A stretch of DNA of 60,387 nucleotides, filler included, from Sphacelaria rigidula (Eukaryota), in the NCBI GenBank assembly GCA_964200075.2. It is 9 parts of 9 records of this genome, joined end to end, with 100 filler letters (N's around TTAATTAATTAA, not from the genome) between each part and the next. Parts side by side here need not be neighbours in the genome. Positions count along the whole stretch, not along the records: positions 1 to 6,621 come from CAXNAA020019002.1; positions 6,722 to 13,342 come from CAXNAA020019003.1; 7 more parts are not named here. The stretch is one strand, 5' to 3'. Positions 1 to 10,900 of this stretch are shown here, piece by piece. The position numbers were made by a program, and so were the translations under genes. The notes under the pieces are model-generated. The model had not been told where the DNA came from. It ran no database searches and saw only the letters and a program-made list of their open reading frames with translations. Every line of letters begins with the position of its first letter. Within the stretch, counting starts at the first letter, position 1.

Positions 1-209
1 TATGAAAGTCATTTGTCATGAATTCAGGTCAGGGCAAGCACGGCTTTTGAGTTGAACCTCATTTCTTTGTTAACCCCATTTTCAATAATTCACTTTCAAC
101 ATGTGCATTAGTCGGCGACACGTTCCGGCGTGCAGGTAAGTTAAACAAAGCGATTACTTGGATTCTCGGCAAGGCTTTCTCACAGCACAGAGCTCGTCCA
201 CCGTGAGTG

Positions 210-570
210 AATGCAATCTGGACACGCCGGTGTGTACTCACTTCCACATGATGAGCACCTGGGGGGGGGAGGGGGGTGCTGTGCTCGCAAGAAATCATAG
301 ATCTGTACTCGGATACCCTCTGGATAATGAGAATATGTACTAAGTCGTTCAAATATCGCCTGTAGAGGTTCTCAGTTCGGGAGGCACGGTCGTACGCACG
401 CTATCGCGTCTCAACGCAATGAAACTTTGGCCACATATCATGTAAACAGTAGCCAACAAGCCCATCCGCCTCGATCTGGGGTTGCACGTTGCAGCAAGGG
501 GCGACGAGGTGAAAAGAAGCCAGACTCTCTTCCGAAACAGTTTTATTCTTTTAACGCAGGATTGTTTATA
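210..570 (+). repeat. Old dispersed repeat shared in inverted orientation with about 52970-53300
   Basis: gatctgtactcggataccctctggataatgagaat...gcctgtagagg...tgaaactttggccacat...agccaacaagc matches the reverse complement of 52970-53300 (gatctgtactgggacgcccgctggaaaacgacaat...gcctgtagagg...tgaaactttgtccacat...agccaacaagc). Peptides HRSVLGYPLDNEN vs HRSVLGRPLENDN. Confidence 0.75.
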
Positions 571-3500
571 CGCCTTTTTACGGCCTGGAGACTGGAGATC
601 CCAACATTGGTGATCTCCATTCCAAACAAACGGGACTTCTGCGGAGTGATTGACACACCGCACGACCGTTGTTGTGGCGCGCGCACGCCCGAACGGCCTA
701 ACAAATTGCAAACTTACGGAACCCAACGGAGACGGCACAACAAGTTACGAACTTATATATACAACTCTTGAATTCCTCCGTGGGTTAGTCATCGCTTACT
801 TAGGTGCACCGCGCAAGCATTGCGAGGCAACTTGCCCTACACGGCGCTCGCGATACACGAAGCAAATGTAGGTGTGGTGAAGGCAAAAATAGTGGTGGTG
901 ATATGGGGGTACAATATATGAAGTGGTCGTGGACCATGCGGCGACGAGAAGACTAGCAAACAAGACAAGGTAGTGGGCAAAGTATCTATCGGGAGATTTG
1001 GGGATTTTCAATTATGAAACACGAAAATATCGACTTATTTGTTCGAGGATGATGAAGATACCTGTTTTCTCCGACATATGAAAGGTCGTCTGACCCGTGA
1101 CCATCATTATGCCGTGTCTTACGGAGACGATGAAAAGACAAGAAAAAAAACGAGCGAGCAAGGGAGCTGATCTGCCCACAACGACCTCTTCGGGCCCTAC
1201 AGAGAAAACACATGACAACTTTCAAGAAACAGCGGCGTTTCACTCCACACTGGACACAGTCGGAAACAGGTCCAGCAATTTATCCCAACGGGCGTGAATG
1301 AAACACCCAGCCGGAACAAGAATGCACTGGCACTCACAGCAGAGCCGCACTTCGCCTAGCACTAACTCTTGCCCATCAATAAACAATGTTGTACGTTTCA
1401 AGGCAACCCGGTCGGTTTTGGAAAAAGCGTCGGCCGTGGGTCTGCCAGAAACGTTGCTGAAGATAGTCCTTGACCGTTTGTGGGTGTGATACACGGTGCG
1501 TGTCTGACAGAAAATGATCGTGTCTCAAAATATTTCGAACCGAATTTTGCCCGGAGGCAAGAGCGTGGTACTCAGTTGATTGATATGGGTACGGCTCGAG
1601 CTATTTACCGTCTACCCTACTACAGAGGAATCATGAGTTGATGTGTGTTCTTGTCTAAGGTGCGGGCTGTGTTGACAGGTGTCTTCCACAGCAATGGTCA
1701 CAACGCCGCCGGTGTATGTACAAGCTGTACTTCGCAAATACAGTACGAAGCATACAGTCATTTGTAGGCGGGTCGGGAGGCAGGCTCGCATTTCGCGGCG
1801 GTGCCGTCTGCACTGTCTGTGATTCTACACCGTCCTCACTCTAGGTTTCAAGTTCACTTCGTATGCGGTACATGCAGATACATACTGTAGAACATCATAC
1901 ACAGACTGAAGGGACCAGCCCCAGAACAACAATGTGACGAAAGAACGGAAAGTGGGCTCTCGGATTGGAAAACCCAGCTCAGGATTAGTCGCAATAAAAG
2001 GTGCGGGGTGTATCCATCCTTGGTCCCCCCCCCATATGGGGGGATACATTTGTTTTTGCGATGACTGACCGACGGAGGGGTTCAGCCGTTGTATTCCGTA
2101 AGTTCGATAGTTGTTGTGCCGTTTGCGGTGTGTTTCACAACTTGGCAGTTTGTTGGGCCGTTTGAACGCGCCCGCACGTACAATGGCCGTGCGGTGTGTC
2201 AGTCACCGTAGGGGTCTCGTTTGTTAAGGGTGGAAATCATCGACAGCGGAGTTTCGAGTCTCCAGGTCGTGGGAAAAGGTAAAAAAGAGTTGGAGGCGTT
2301 CTTCGATCATTCGACGTCGTGCCGTGCGGTTGGTTGCGCGGCGGCTGTGTAGGGCCGATATTGGTCACACATGGGTACATTTTGGGCGCGAGGGGGGTCC
2401 AAATAGGACAAGAGGGTGTAAAAGCAGATGTTGTTGGTGGATAAGCCTCCCTGAACGTCGAACAAAAAGGGGTATGCTGCGAGCTGCGACGCCCTTGTGC
2501 CCCGCGGTGCTGTTTAGCCCTTAATCGCTCTCTTTTTTGGCGATATTTGGTGCACATGCTCTCACAGCTGTGGGCGCCTTGCCTTTGCATCGGGATTAGT
2601 GTTTGAGTGATTTGGGCCTAGCACGGGCAGCTCCAACTTTCGCGTTTACCTATACCCACGTTCGGGCTGGAATAGGAGTGATGCACCCACTGTTGTCCAT
2701 TTATCTATTTTCATTGTTTTCCCATCTCGTAACACAAATGTAAGGGTGACGTGACAGCGATGTACGAGGCCATGTCTGATAAATACGTAATTGGATGCCA
2801 CAGAGGTGTCCTGTCTACCCACGGGTACTAGGAATATTTTTTTTCGCGCATTTCTTGCCTTGCAAGAGCTGCACAAAGCCAAATCCCCCGGGAAACGTAA
2901 CGCGCTGCTGTGATTCGAATATACCTCACCACGCCGCAATGGGGTATCTATGGCGAACCCGCCGTGGCTGCGATCGAAAATTCTCATCTCTAGGTGGTCA
3001 ACAAAATATCAGAACTGCGCTGCACTTGTGTGCGGGAATTTATTTTTCAAGGTTTTTTGTTAGAGACGGTCAGTTTCAGTCTCTTGGTTATAACACCGCA
3101 GCCATTACACTCACTGTACCTCCAACACAGTTTATACACGCAAAGGCTTTTCTTGTGCAAAGCAAGCTCTCACAGAGCAACATCTGAACCGGACAGCAAG
3201 AACTAAAAACAAAAAATCTCCCTCGACCATCTTTGAACTGGGCACGACACCCGAATGACTCATCGTTGGAGAGGACATGTGCACAAAAAGGGTGTAACGC
3301 TGCTCACGCGAACACCCTCAGTATGTGCCGGGATGCCCCAAGTGACTTGACAACAGCGACTTCCGTTCATCAATGAGCGTTACCTGTACAAACGATGCTG
3401 CAGTCGAGTATTCCATCATCTGGGTATAACGGTGTCAGTGACGATGCTATGGTCGGGTTTATCAGAAAGGTAAAACCCGGACGATGCAAGAGTATGTTGG

Positions 3501-3881
3501 TCTGATACGTATGTGTCTGCGTCGTCACTCCATCTGTTCCAGACGCTTGTCTCCACTTGTCGGTAGATGTGGACGTATCAGCCGAGGTCACACAGGAGGA
3601 CGGTCAACACAGGATTTGTTCTTGTATTGTTTTGTAGCACTCCACCTTCCTTCTGCGGTACTCGCCCTTTTCATGTCGAGCAGGGATCAGCGGTCTCTTT
3701 CCCTCGTCGGCCGTGAAGTCGAACTTCGTGTGCCCACGACATAGTCGCTCACGACCGTTGGGCATGATCTCAGAACAAATCCCATATCGTGTGACTTGTC
3801 CCGAGATTTGGACCCACGCTCCAACCGTCTGAAGGTTTCGGGGATACCAACTGAGCACCGGGGCGACCGGCTCCGCAAAGA

Positions 3882-3906
3882 ATATATATATATATATATA
3901 TATATA
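3882..3906. repeat. (TA)n microsatellite; others at about 7967-7992, 10942-10961, 37052-37080, and (CAA)n at about 8086-8119
   Basis: Directly visible simple repeats. Confidence 0.95.
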
Positions 3907-4051
3907 AAATGGATAAAAATATACCCAATTTAGATCTGTTTTGAGAATTATTGTGAGCTTTCTGTTTTCAACTTTCTAGCAACAAGTTCCAGTGAAGGCA
4001 AGGACGACTCATTGTCTTGTTGTATTTTCTTTTCCGTGATATTTTGGTTTT

Positions 4052-5712
4052 CACATGGTAGCATGCCGTCAAAGGGTTATGAGTCCTCGCCTCTCCGCGG
4101 ACAGCAGACTGCTCTGTCGATTAAGCTGTGACGGCTGCGTTGAGGACAGACAAGTGCCCTAGAGAGCTGGCACAGGGGGTCCCAAGAGGAGAATGAGAGA
4201 AGGGGCGAGGGGGTAGCCTCACACCTGGCCTCGGACAACAGGAACAGATCAAAGACCAGTCAAGCTCACAGAGGGTGCTTGGTGGTGCTGTGTGCATTGG
4301 CCTTGAACCCGGAGCGTAGACGTTACTCCGTGACTTCAAGGCTTTCGGACCGCTCTCCATGAGCGGTCTAGCCGACACCCGAGGAACCTTTTTCATGGCT
4401 CGAAGTTTTTTCCTATGCGCAGGGCCAGCGGGTCTGGCTGGTTTTGAGAAGAGCCGTAAGGCATGTTGGATTCGTACAGGCGTGACCCACATCACCCCCC
4501 AGTTATGAAGGTGCTTGCGCGCTCACTCCGTCAAAACTGCAAGAGTAAACACCCCAGGCCATGCGATGATCCAACATTCCTTGACACATACATCCGAGGT
4601 GCTCGCTCAAAACACTCAGGTGTAGTTGCATAGCATGACAAATGGCATGCGAGCGAAGTATTGTGAATGCATGAGTACCGATAGACAAGAAAAAAATGTA
4701 CGGTATCGATTTCGTATTAATAATAGCACATGGTGTGGATCCCAGTTGTGCGAACCCCAATATGCTTCATGGTTCTACCTAGAACCAGTCAGATCCACTG
4801 GCCCTGTCGAAAGGAAACTTCTAGTGACGAGGAAGGTTCCTCGGGTGTCGGCAGGACCGCTCATGGACAGCTGTCCCGAAGCCGTGGAGTCACGGAGCAC
4901 CATGTACGCTCCGAGCTCAAGGCCAACGCACAGAACACCACCAAGCCCACTCTGTGAGCTTGACTGGTCTGTGGTCTGTTCCTGTTGTCTGAGACTAGGT
5001 GCGGGGCTGCCCCCTCGCCCCCCTCGCCCCCCTCGCCCCCCTTGCTCAATATCGTCCTCGGATCTTCTGTGCCAGCTCTCCAGAGCACTTGCCTGTCCTC
5101 AACGCAGCCGTCATAGCTTCATCGACAGAGCAAGCTGCTATCCGCAGAGAGGCGAGGGCTCAAAGTCATCTGCTGGCCTCTTACCTTGCAAAAGCTATAT
5201 TGGCGTCGACGGGTAGGACGTCGACACCAATATAGCTTTTATATGGTGGGATACCGCCAGAGGGTTGTGAGCCCTCGCCTCTCTGCGGATAACAGAGTGC
5301 CCTGTCGATTGAGCTATGACGACTGCATTGACGACAGGCAAGTGCTCTGGAGAGCTGACACAGAAGATCCGTGCAAGAGAGTGACAGGCGGGGGCGAGGG
5401 GGTGGCCTCGCACCTGGTCTCGGACAGCGGGGACAGACCACAAACCAGTCAAGCTTGCAGTGCGCCTGGTGGTGTGGTGTCCAGTCAAGCTCACATAACG
5501 TGCTTGTTGGTGTCGTGTGCGTTGGCCTCGAGCTTGGAGCGTACACATTCCTCCGTGACTTCAAGGCTTGGTAACAGCCTTCCACGAGCGGTCTAGCCGA
5601 CACCCGGGGAACCTTCCTCGTGGCTAGGGGTTTCCTATGGACAGGGCCAGTGGGTCTGGCTGATTCTGGGTAGAACGGTAGGGCATGTTGAGTTCGCACA
5701 ACTGGGACCCAC
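4052..5712. repeat. Three diverged copies of a ~450-490 bp unit in alternating orientation (about 4052-4492 -, 4735-5211 +, 5219-5712 -), forming a ~1 kb imperfect palindrome
   Basis: ORF translations share TRKVPRVSA.PL...YAP.SRP.H...LCELDW. Central 22-bp arms 5190-5211 and 5219-5240 have one mismatch and enclose a 7-nt loop (ggtagga). Confidence 0.9.
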
Positions 5713-6091
5713 TGTAGTGCCATTTGAAAACGGGCAAAACGTGGGCATTTTCGGACCGACTGAATTTTTTGCGGCCGTTTGACGTCCGGCCCGCATGTGG
5801 GAAAGCTGCAATTGTTCGAGAAAAATGGCTTTCGATTTTAAAAAACGCCAAAGAATGGGGAAAAAAAACACGAATAAAAACAAAGGACACCGTTAAGGAC
5901 CCGACCGAACATGACCACGCAGACTCATGGAACAGAGAATGTGTATGTGTATGGACGCGTTTTTCTGGTCGACTCAAACGAAATACTTCGTAGAAAAAAG
6001 ACAGCCACTTACTCGTGAACGTCGTGTCCTGTTCAAATGCTGGGCAGTTCTGGCACATCGCTGGATGTCGCTCCTCTGTTGGTTGCCGTAG

Positions 6092-6200
6092 CTCATCGCA
6101 GCCGTCAACGGGTACGAGCTCGCGATGATGTGCGATATTATCCTGGCGGGGGAAAAGGTCAAATTCGGACAGCCCGAGATTACGCTCGGATTTATTCTCG
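6092..6200 (+). pseudogene. Enoyl-CoA hydratase (crotonase, ECHS1-like) exon with an in-frame loss of the ALGGGC motif
   Basis: ccgtag|[37 protein letters not shown]|gtgagg, against canonical [33 protein letters not shown]. No other exons recognised on the contig. Confidence 0.75.
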
Positions 6201-6621
6201 GTGAGGACTTCATGCACCAGACGTAGGCGGGGGCGGATTCGAGGCCACGCTTTGTCGGCGCGATGATGATTGACCGCGGCGACTTCGACTGTTGTACCGC
6301 GGTTTGCGCGTCTCGCGTCGGTTGCTGTGTCTCTACTGCACTCTTTGTAAGCTTTCAACGTATTGATATTCTTCATTGGCTTTGAGGGGAAAGGTTGGGG
6401 ATGTGCGAGGCCAGTCGAAGGCGTGTGCGTCTTTTTCTTCATTTTCAAGGGATTGTTTGCAATAATACCCTTAAAACCCAATAGTAGAGGAATGCTGCTG
6501 CCTTCCGCTGCTTCTCACACCACGGTATATGTTCCTGTATTGTCCCCCCCCCCCCCCCCCCCCCCCCCCCCGCTCCGTCTTCTCCTCTTCCTCGAGCGTC
6601 TCGGCGAGTTGTCCCTCGCGA

Positions 6622-6721
6622 NNNNNNNNNNNNNNNNNNNNNNNNNNNNNNNNNNNNNNNNNNNNTTAATTAATTAANNNNNNNNNNNNNNNNNNNNNNN
6701 NNNNNNNNNNNNNNNNNNNNN
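6622..6721. other. Artificial contig linker (N44-TTAATTAATTAA-N44); identical linkers at 13343-13442, 20064-20163, 26785-26884, 33506-33605, 40227-40326, 46948-47047, 53668-53767
   Basis: Eight identical 100-bp spacers with a stop-in-all-six-frames core, separating segments of 6621 or 6620 bp (contigs sorted by length). Confidence 0.99.
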
Positions 6722-7687
6722 CGGCTGGTGCGCTCACATATACCGAAAGGTGTAGACCGGCGCCCAGAATAGATGGGACGACAACACACACACACTACAA
6801 CAGGTCTTGAAAACAAACAAGCCATCATCTTCCACCTGAACGTCACCAAGCAACATACAAGCTCCCTTTCCCCCGGCGTATGTTGTCATCATCCAGCCCT
6901 CATCCATCTGAACCGACAACCGCTTTTTGTCTGGCCTGCAGGATCAAATTTATCGCCTGTCTCAACCACCCCCGGGATCACATGAACTACCATTCACCAG
7001 AATTATAACCTGCACCGAAACAACTCGGGTAGAGAATCGATAAAATTATTTCGAATCATCGTGAAAAGGACCTCGACTTCTCTCACCAAGACAAAAAATT
7101 CCACGTCCCGACCACGACCTACAAATAATGGCAGCTGGATCCATACAACGAAAAATTGGCCTATGTAAAGCTACGCAACTACCGGTCGGTGAGTAAGTAA
7201 CGTACAAGATTTTCAAGTCTCAGCCCAACTGTAAAAATTCAGCGCATATATGTAGCTCCGCCGAATACTCGTACGCGAATGATCGTTGAGATATGGAGCA
7301 CCAGATGGTTGGAATGATCTTCGCGATTCTCCGCCTGTCCAAGACCGAAGGATTGAACTCAAAGACCGGCGAGGACATACGGTCCGCGTGTGGACACCAA
7401 CTAGACTACAGACGGATGAACATACCCCAAGCATCCGTGGAGAAAATTTACGGCTGCTTTTCACGCCAGCGACATCGTCAGATGTGGATATGATTCCACA
7501 GAAAAAGTACACTACTTTTACCATTCTACTAGTACTAGTATTTCGCGGAGGGGGGCTCATCACCTTTTTCACGCGACAGTATTTTTGGTTATACATGTCA
7601 CAAAGGATTGGTTTGGAATAAAGCACCCGAAGAAAAAGACTCGTTTTTTCCTTCGCTTTCAGAGGGGTTTTGCTGTTGCATCATCAC

Positions 7688-7966
7688 CTGTCTGCGCCCC
7701 CCTCCCCAAACCCGAATCATGTTCATGTTGGCAGCTGCCGCACTCTCCAGCAGCCATCGCCGCTTCTCTACGGTAACCCTGTGCGTGATTCACATGGTGA
7801 CAAAGGTCGGGGGCGAAACAACCGTATTGCACGGCGCACGGTTCGCGTAGTATTAGTCGAGGCAAGGAGCGTTGCTGTAGCTTGATTTTGTCCAACGCCT
7901 CGCAATCTTCTTTTTTATTTATCCCTGTTTTGCTTGTATCGCGTTTTGGGAGTTTTAATCTGGGTC

Positions 7967-7997
<31 letters not shown>

Positions 7998-10900
7998 TGC
8001 TAGCCTGTGACCACGGAACGCGTCCGCATCAGACGCTCAGTACGAATATACCGCGCAGATATCGGAACGGTTTTTAGTGTGGAGACAACAATAACAACAA
8101 CAACAACAACAACAACAACTCGGCCGTTGCTTACTGCCGAGCGTCTTCAGAAGGCAATAAGAATCGGGAATTCGAGAGCAACTTCAAGTACCGCGGCGAT
8201 CCTGGCAATTGGGATTCGGTTAATGTGAGGGGGGCGTACTCATTTGTTGCTTCCCTTGGTCGTTTGACTATTGACCACGCATCCCTTTTCGAGACGGAGC
8301 ATGGATGGGCGGAGGGGGGAGGGGAAGAGGGTGGGGGCAGGTCGTGACTAGATTCACTCTGGCATTGGGGGTGGAGGCAAAGGGATCGATGCGTCTCCAC
8401 TGTTGAGCGTATACGAGCTATCAGTTGCGCATGGTTTCACTACGAGAGGTTTGGTTTAAATTTGTGGAGGGTGGAACATGCATACATATATATACATATA
8501 TATTGGGGGGATAAGATAAACACGGCGGAGTTTAGTCCTGACTGATTACCGGGTATCCTGCGCAGCAGCTAGCTGACGGAGTATGTTCTCATGGCCTCGA
8601 CCTCCTGAAAAAAGAACCTCGTTGTCAACCCACCCACACTTGAAAAAGTTGACATCGGTTGGCAAACTAGGCCACCAGGCTGCTGTTTCTTTTTCTTGCT
8701 TGCGGTTTTTCGCAGTAATCATGATGGTAGTCGAGTTAGATCATATTGTGGGGGGTGGGAGAACCTCACTCCGTGCACAGGGGATGATCGCGCTACGCAA
8801 CGCGTGAGACACCCATGAGGCAGTGTATAAGCCATGGCTGTCTCTGGAAGTGGCGATACCGGAAAATGAAGCAACTCATTCGAGGCTGTCATCTAAATGC
8901 AAGATAATCAGTACGTCTTGGGCCGAACAATATTTGCAGGATGCAGCTCACCCTCCATGCGACTCGCCGAACACACCACGGCGCTTCGCGCTTGGAGATT
9001 GATTGCGAGCCTGGTCCGGCACAGATCTGGCGTGCTCCGTCCCGGCTTTGTAGGGATGCGAGGTTAATGGTCTGATAACTATGCCATGCAAGGTCATGAG
9101 TACCCCCCCGCCCCCCCCGTCGCCGCCGCCGTCATCGTGAGATTTAAGTGCGCGTACCCCACGTCTCCTCTTGAGTAGGTGATCCACGATCAAAAAGCTT
9201 GAGGGATACACACCGTGAATACGCACCAAAATAGCTTCCAACTGTCTACCCAACATGCTTCATCTGTGTCGGAAAATACCGAGAATATTCCAACAGAAAT
9301 CTTCCGCGCTACCTGTGGCTACAACGCACGACGTGCGCCACCTCGGCGTCCTCCTTGCTATCCCATTCCGAAGCCATGCTACGGTTGGGGGGAGGGGGGT
9401 GGGGGGGGGGGGGGAGTCTTTGCTTCCATTCAAAAAAGGGCTCACAGGTATGTCAGATGATCCAGAACACTCGTGGTGCGCGTGTATTTGGATTACAATG
9501 GTGTCAGTTAGTATGAATGAGCGTTATTCATTGGTAACAAAGCGCGTTCGAACAACCGTTGCTGCTTTCGACAACGAGTTGAAGTGGGTTTTCGTGGAAG
9601 AAAGGGCCCAAAACTTCCCCCGCCCCCACCCCCCCGGTCCCATGCATGCATGATCATGAGTACACCCCCCCTCACCATCCGTCTCAAAAGGGATGCGTGG
9701 TCGATAGTCAAACGACTAAGGCAAGCAACAAACGAGTACGCCCCTCTCCCTCCCCCCCCCTGCCCCTATCGTAGTAGAATGACTCTCCGTCAGGTTAATA
9801 TACCCGATACTACGTACAAGCGTCGTTGCTACAGTGAGTGTCCTCGAGCAGTGCAAATGGCTCTCGCGCAACGCCGTCTACATGTGCGCACCTTTCCCCC
9901 CAAGCGTCAGGAGGCACCCAATTGGAACCTCGAGCAAACACGTCGACCCCGTTCACCCTGAAGAAAAAACTCTCCCCCCCCACCAGCTCCTCGTCAGCTT
10001 CACCAACACCTTCTCGCTCCCCGTTCATATCTTCCCCGGCGGGCAAAACCTGATCACGAATCAGTGACACGCTGCGCAGCCCGACCTTCAGCCGTACCCG
10101 CTGGTGACCAATCATAGGATCGCTGCCAAAACTCTCATGACCGCAACCTGGCGACCGCTTCGTTGTCACCTCGGGTGAAGGGCGACGGGAGCAAGGTCCG
10201 GCATTTTCCTCGCCATCATCTGACGGTGATTCCATCGGACCTGGATCTCGTCCGTTGTCACGATCCGTCGACGCGGTTACTGTTTCGACATACGATGCTA
10301 CTGGTCCCGGCTTAGTTCTGTCGTCATTATTTAATGACGATGGTCCCGGGCCCGGATTGGGTGATATACTGCCGCCATTAGATTGAACCGATCCTCCGAC
10401 TATTCTGTTGCTATTCGAGGCCAGCGTTAGCTCGGGCATTCCGCCACCCGGCTCCAGTTCCGCGTTTCTACATCTCCCGTGGGAGCGTTCCGTCAATCCG
10501 CCTGTTGCACGCACCGATTTCGTACATCCGTTAGTTCCACGAGTCGATTGCGCCAGTCCGGTTCTTCCGCGAGCCGGTTCCGTCGATCCGGTTCCCCCAC
10601 CGTCGTCCGAACCTACCGGGAACCAATCAACCTGCCGAGCACGGGATCAGAACAGGAACAACGCGACAAAAAGGGGTAGCCAGACAGCGAAGAATGCAAC
10701 CTGTCACCGAGCCAGCGGTGCTTTTTTGTAACTCTTGGTGTTGCAATTCTCACGTGACATGCTCACGTGACATGCTCACGTGACATGCTGTTTAAATCCT
10801 TGACGAGCAGGGTTGGTTTGATGGGTTTGATTAAATTGATTGTCGCACTTTGACTGACCCCCCAGGGATCCATCCAGCCGTGGTCTTATGATAGACGTAC

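Noticed and set aside
3370..3858. Two same-frame minus-strand ORFs suggesting a decayed gene
   Set aside because: No recognisable motif or splice support.
4626..5723. 180-196 aa ORFs as protein-coding paralogs
   Set aside because: They are translations of the inverted repeat copies, with indels and no recognisable domain.
6666..6677. Regularly spaced TTAATTAATTAA about every 6.7 kb, resembling a biological array
   Set aside because: It sits inside N-padded artificial linkers; ORFs running into the Xs and cross-contig synteny are artefacts.
6835..6908. Possible further mannosidase exon (MDEGWMMTTY...)
   Set aside because: It does not match the expected next GH2 motif (FY..CD..GI.VWQ).
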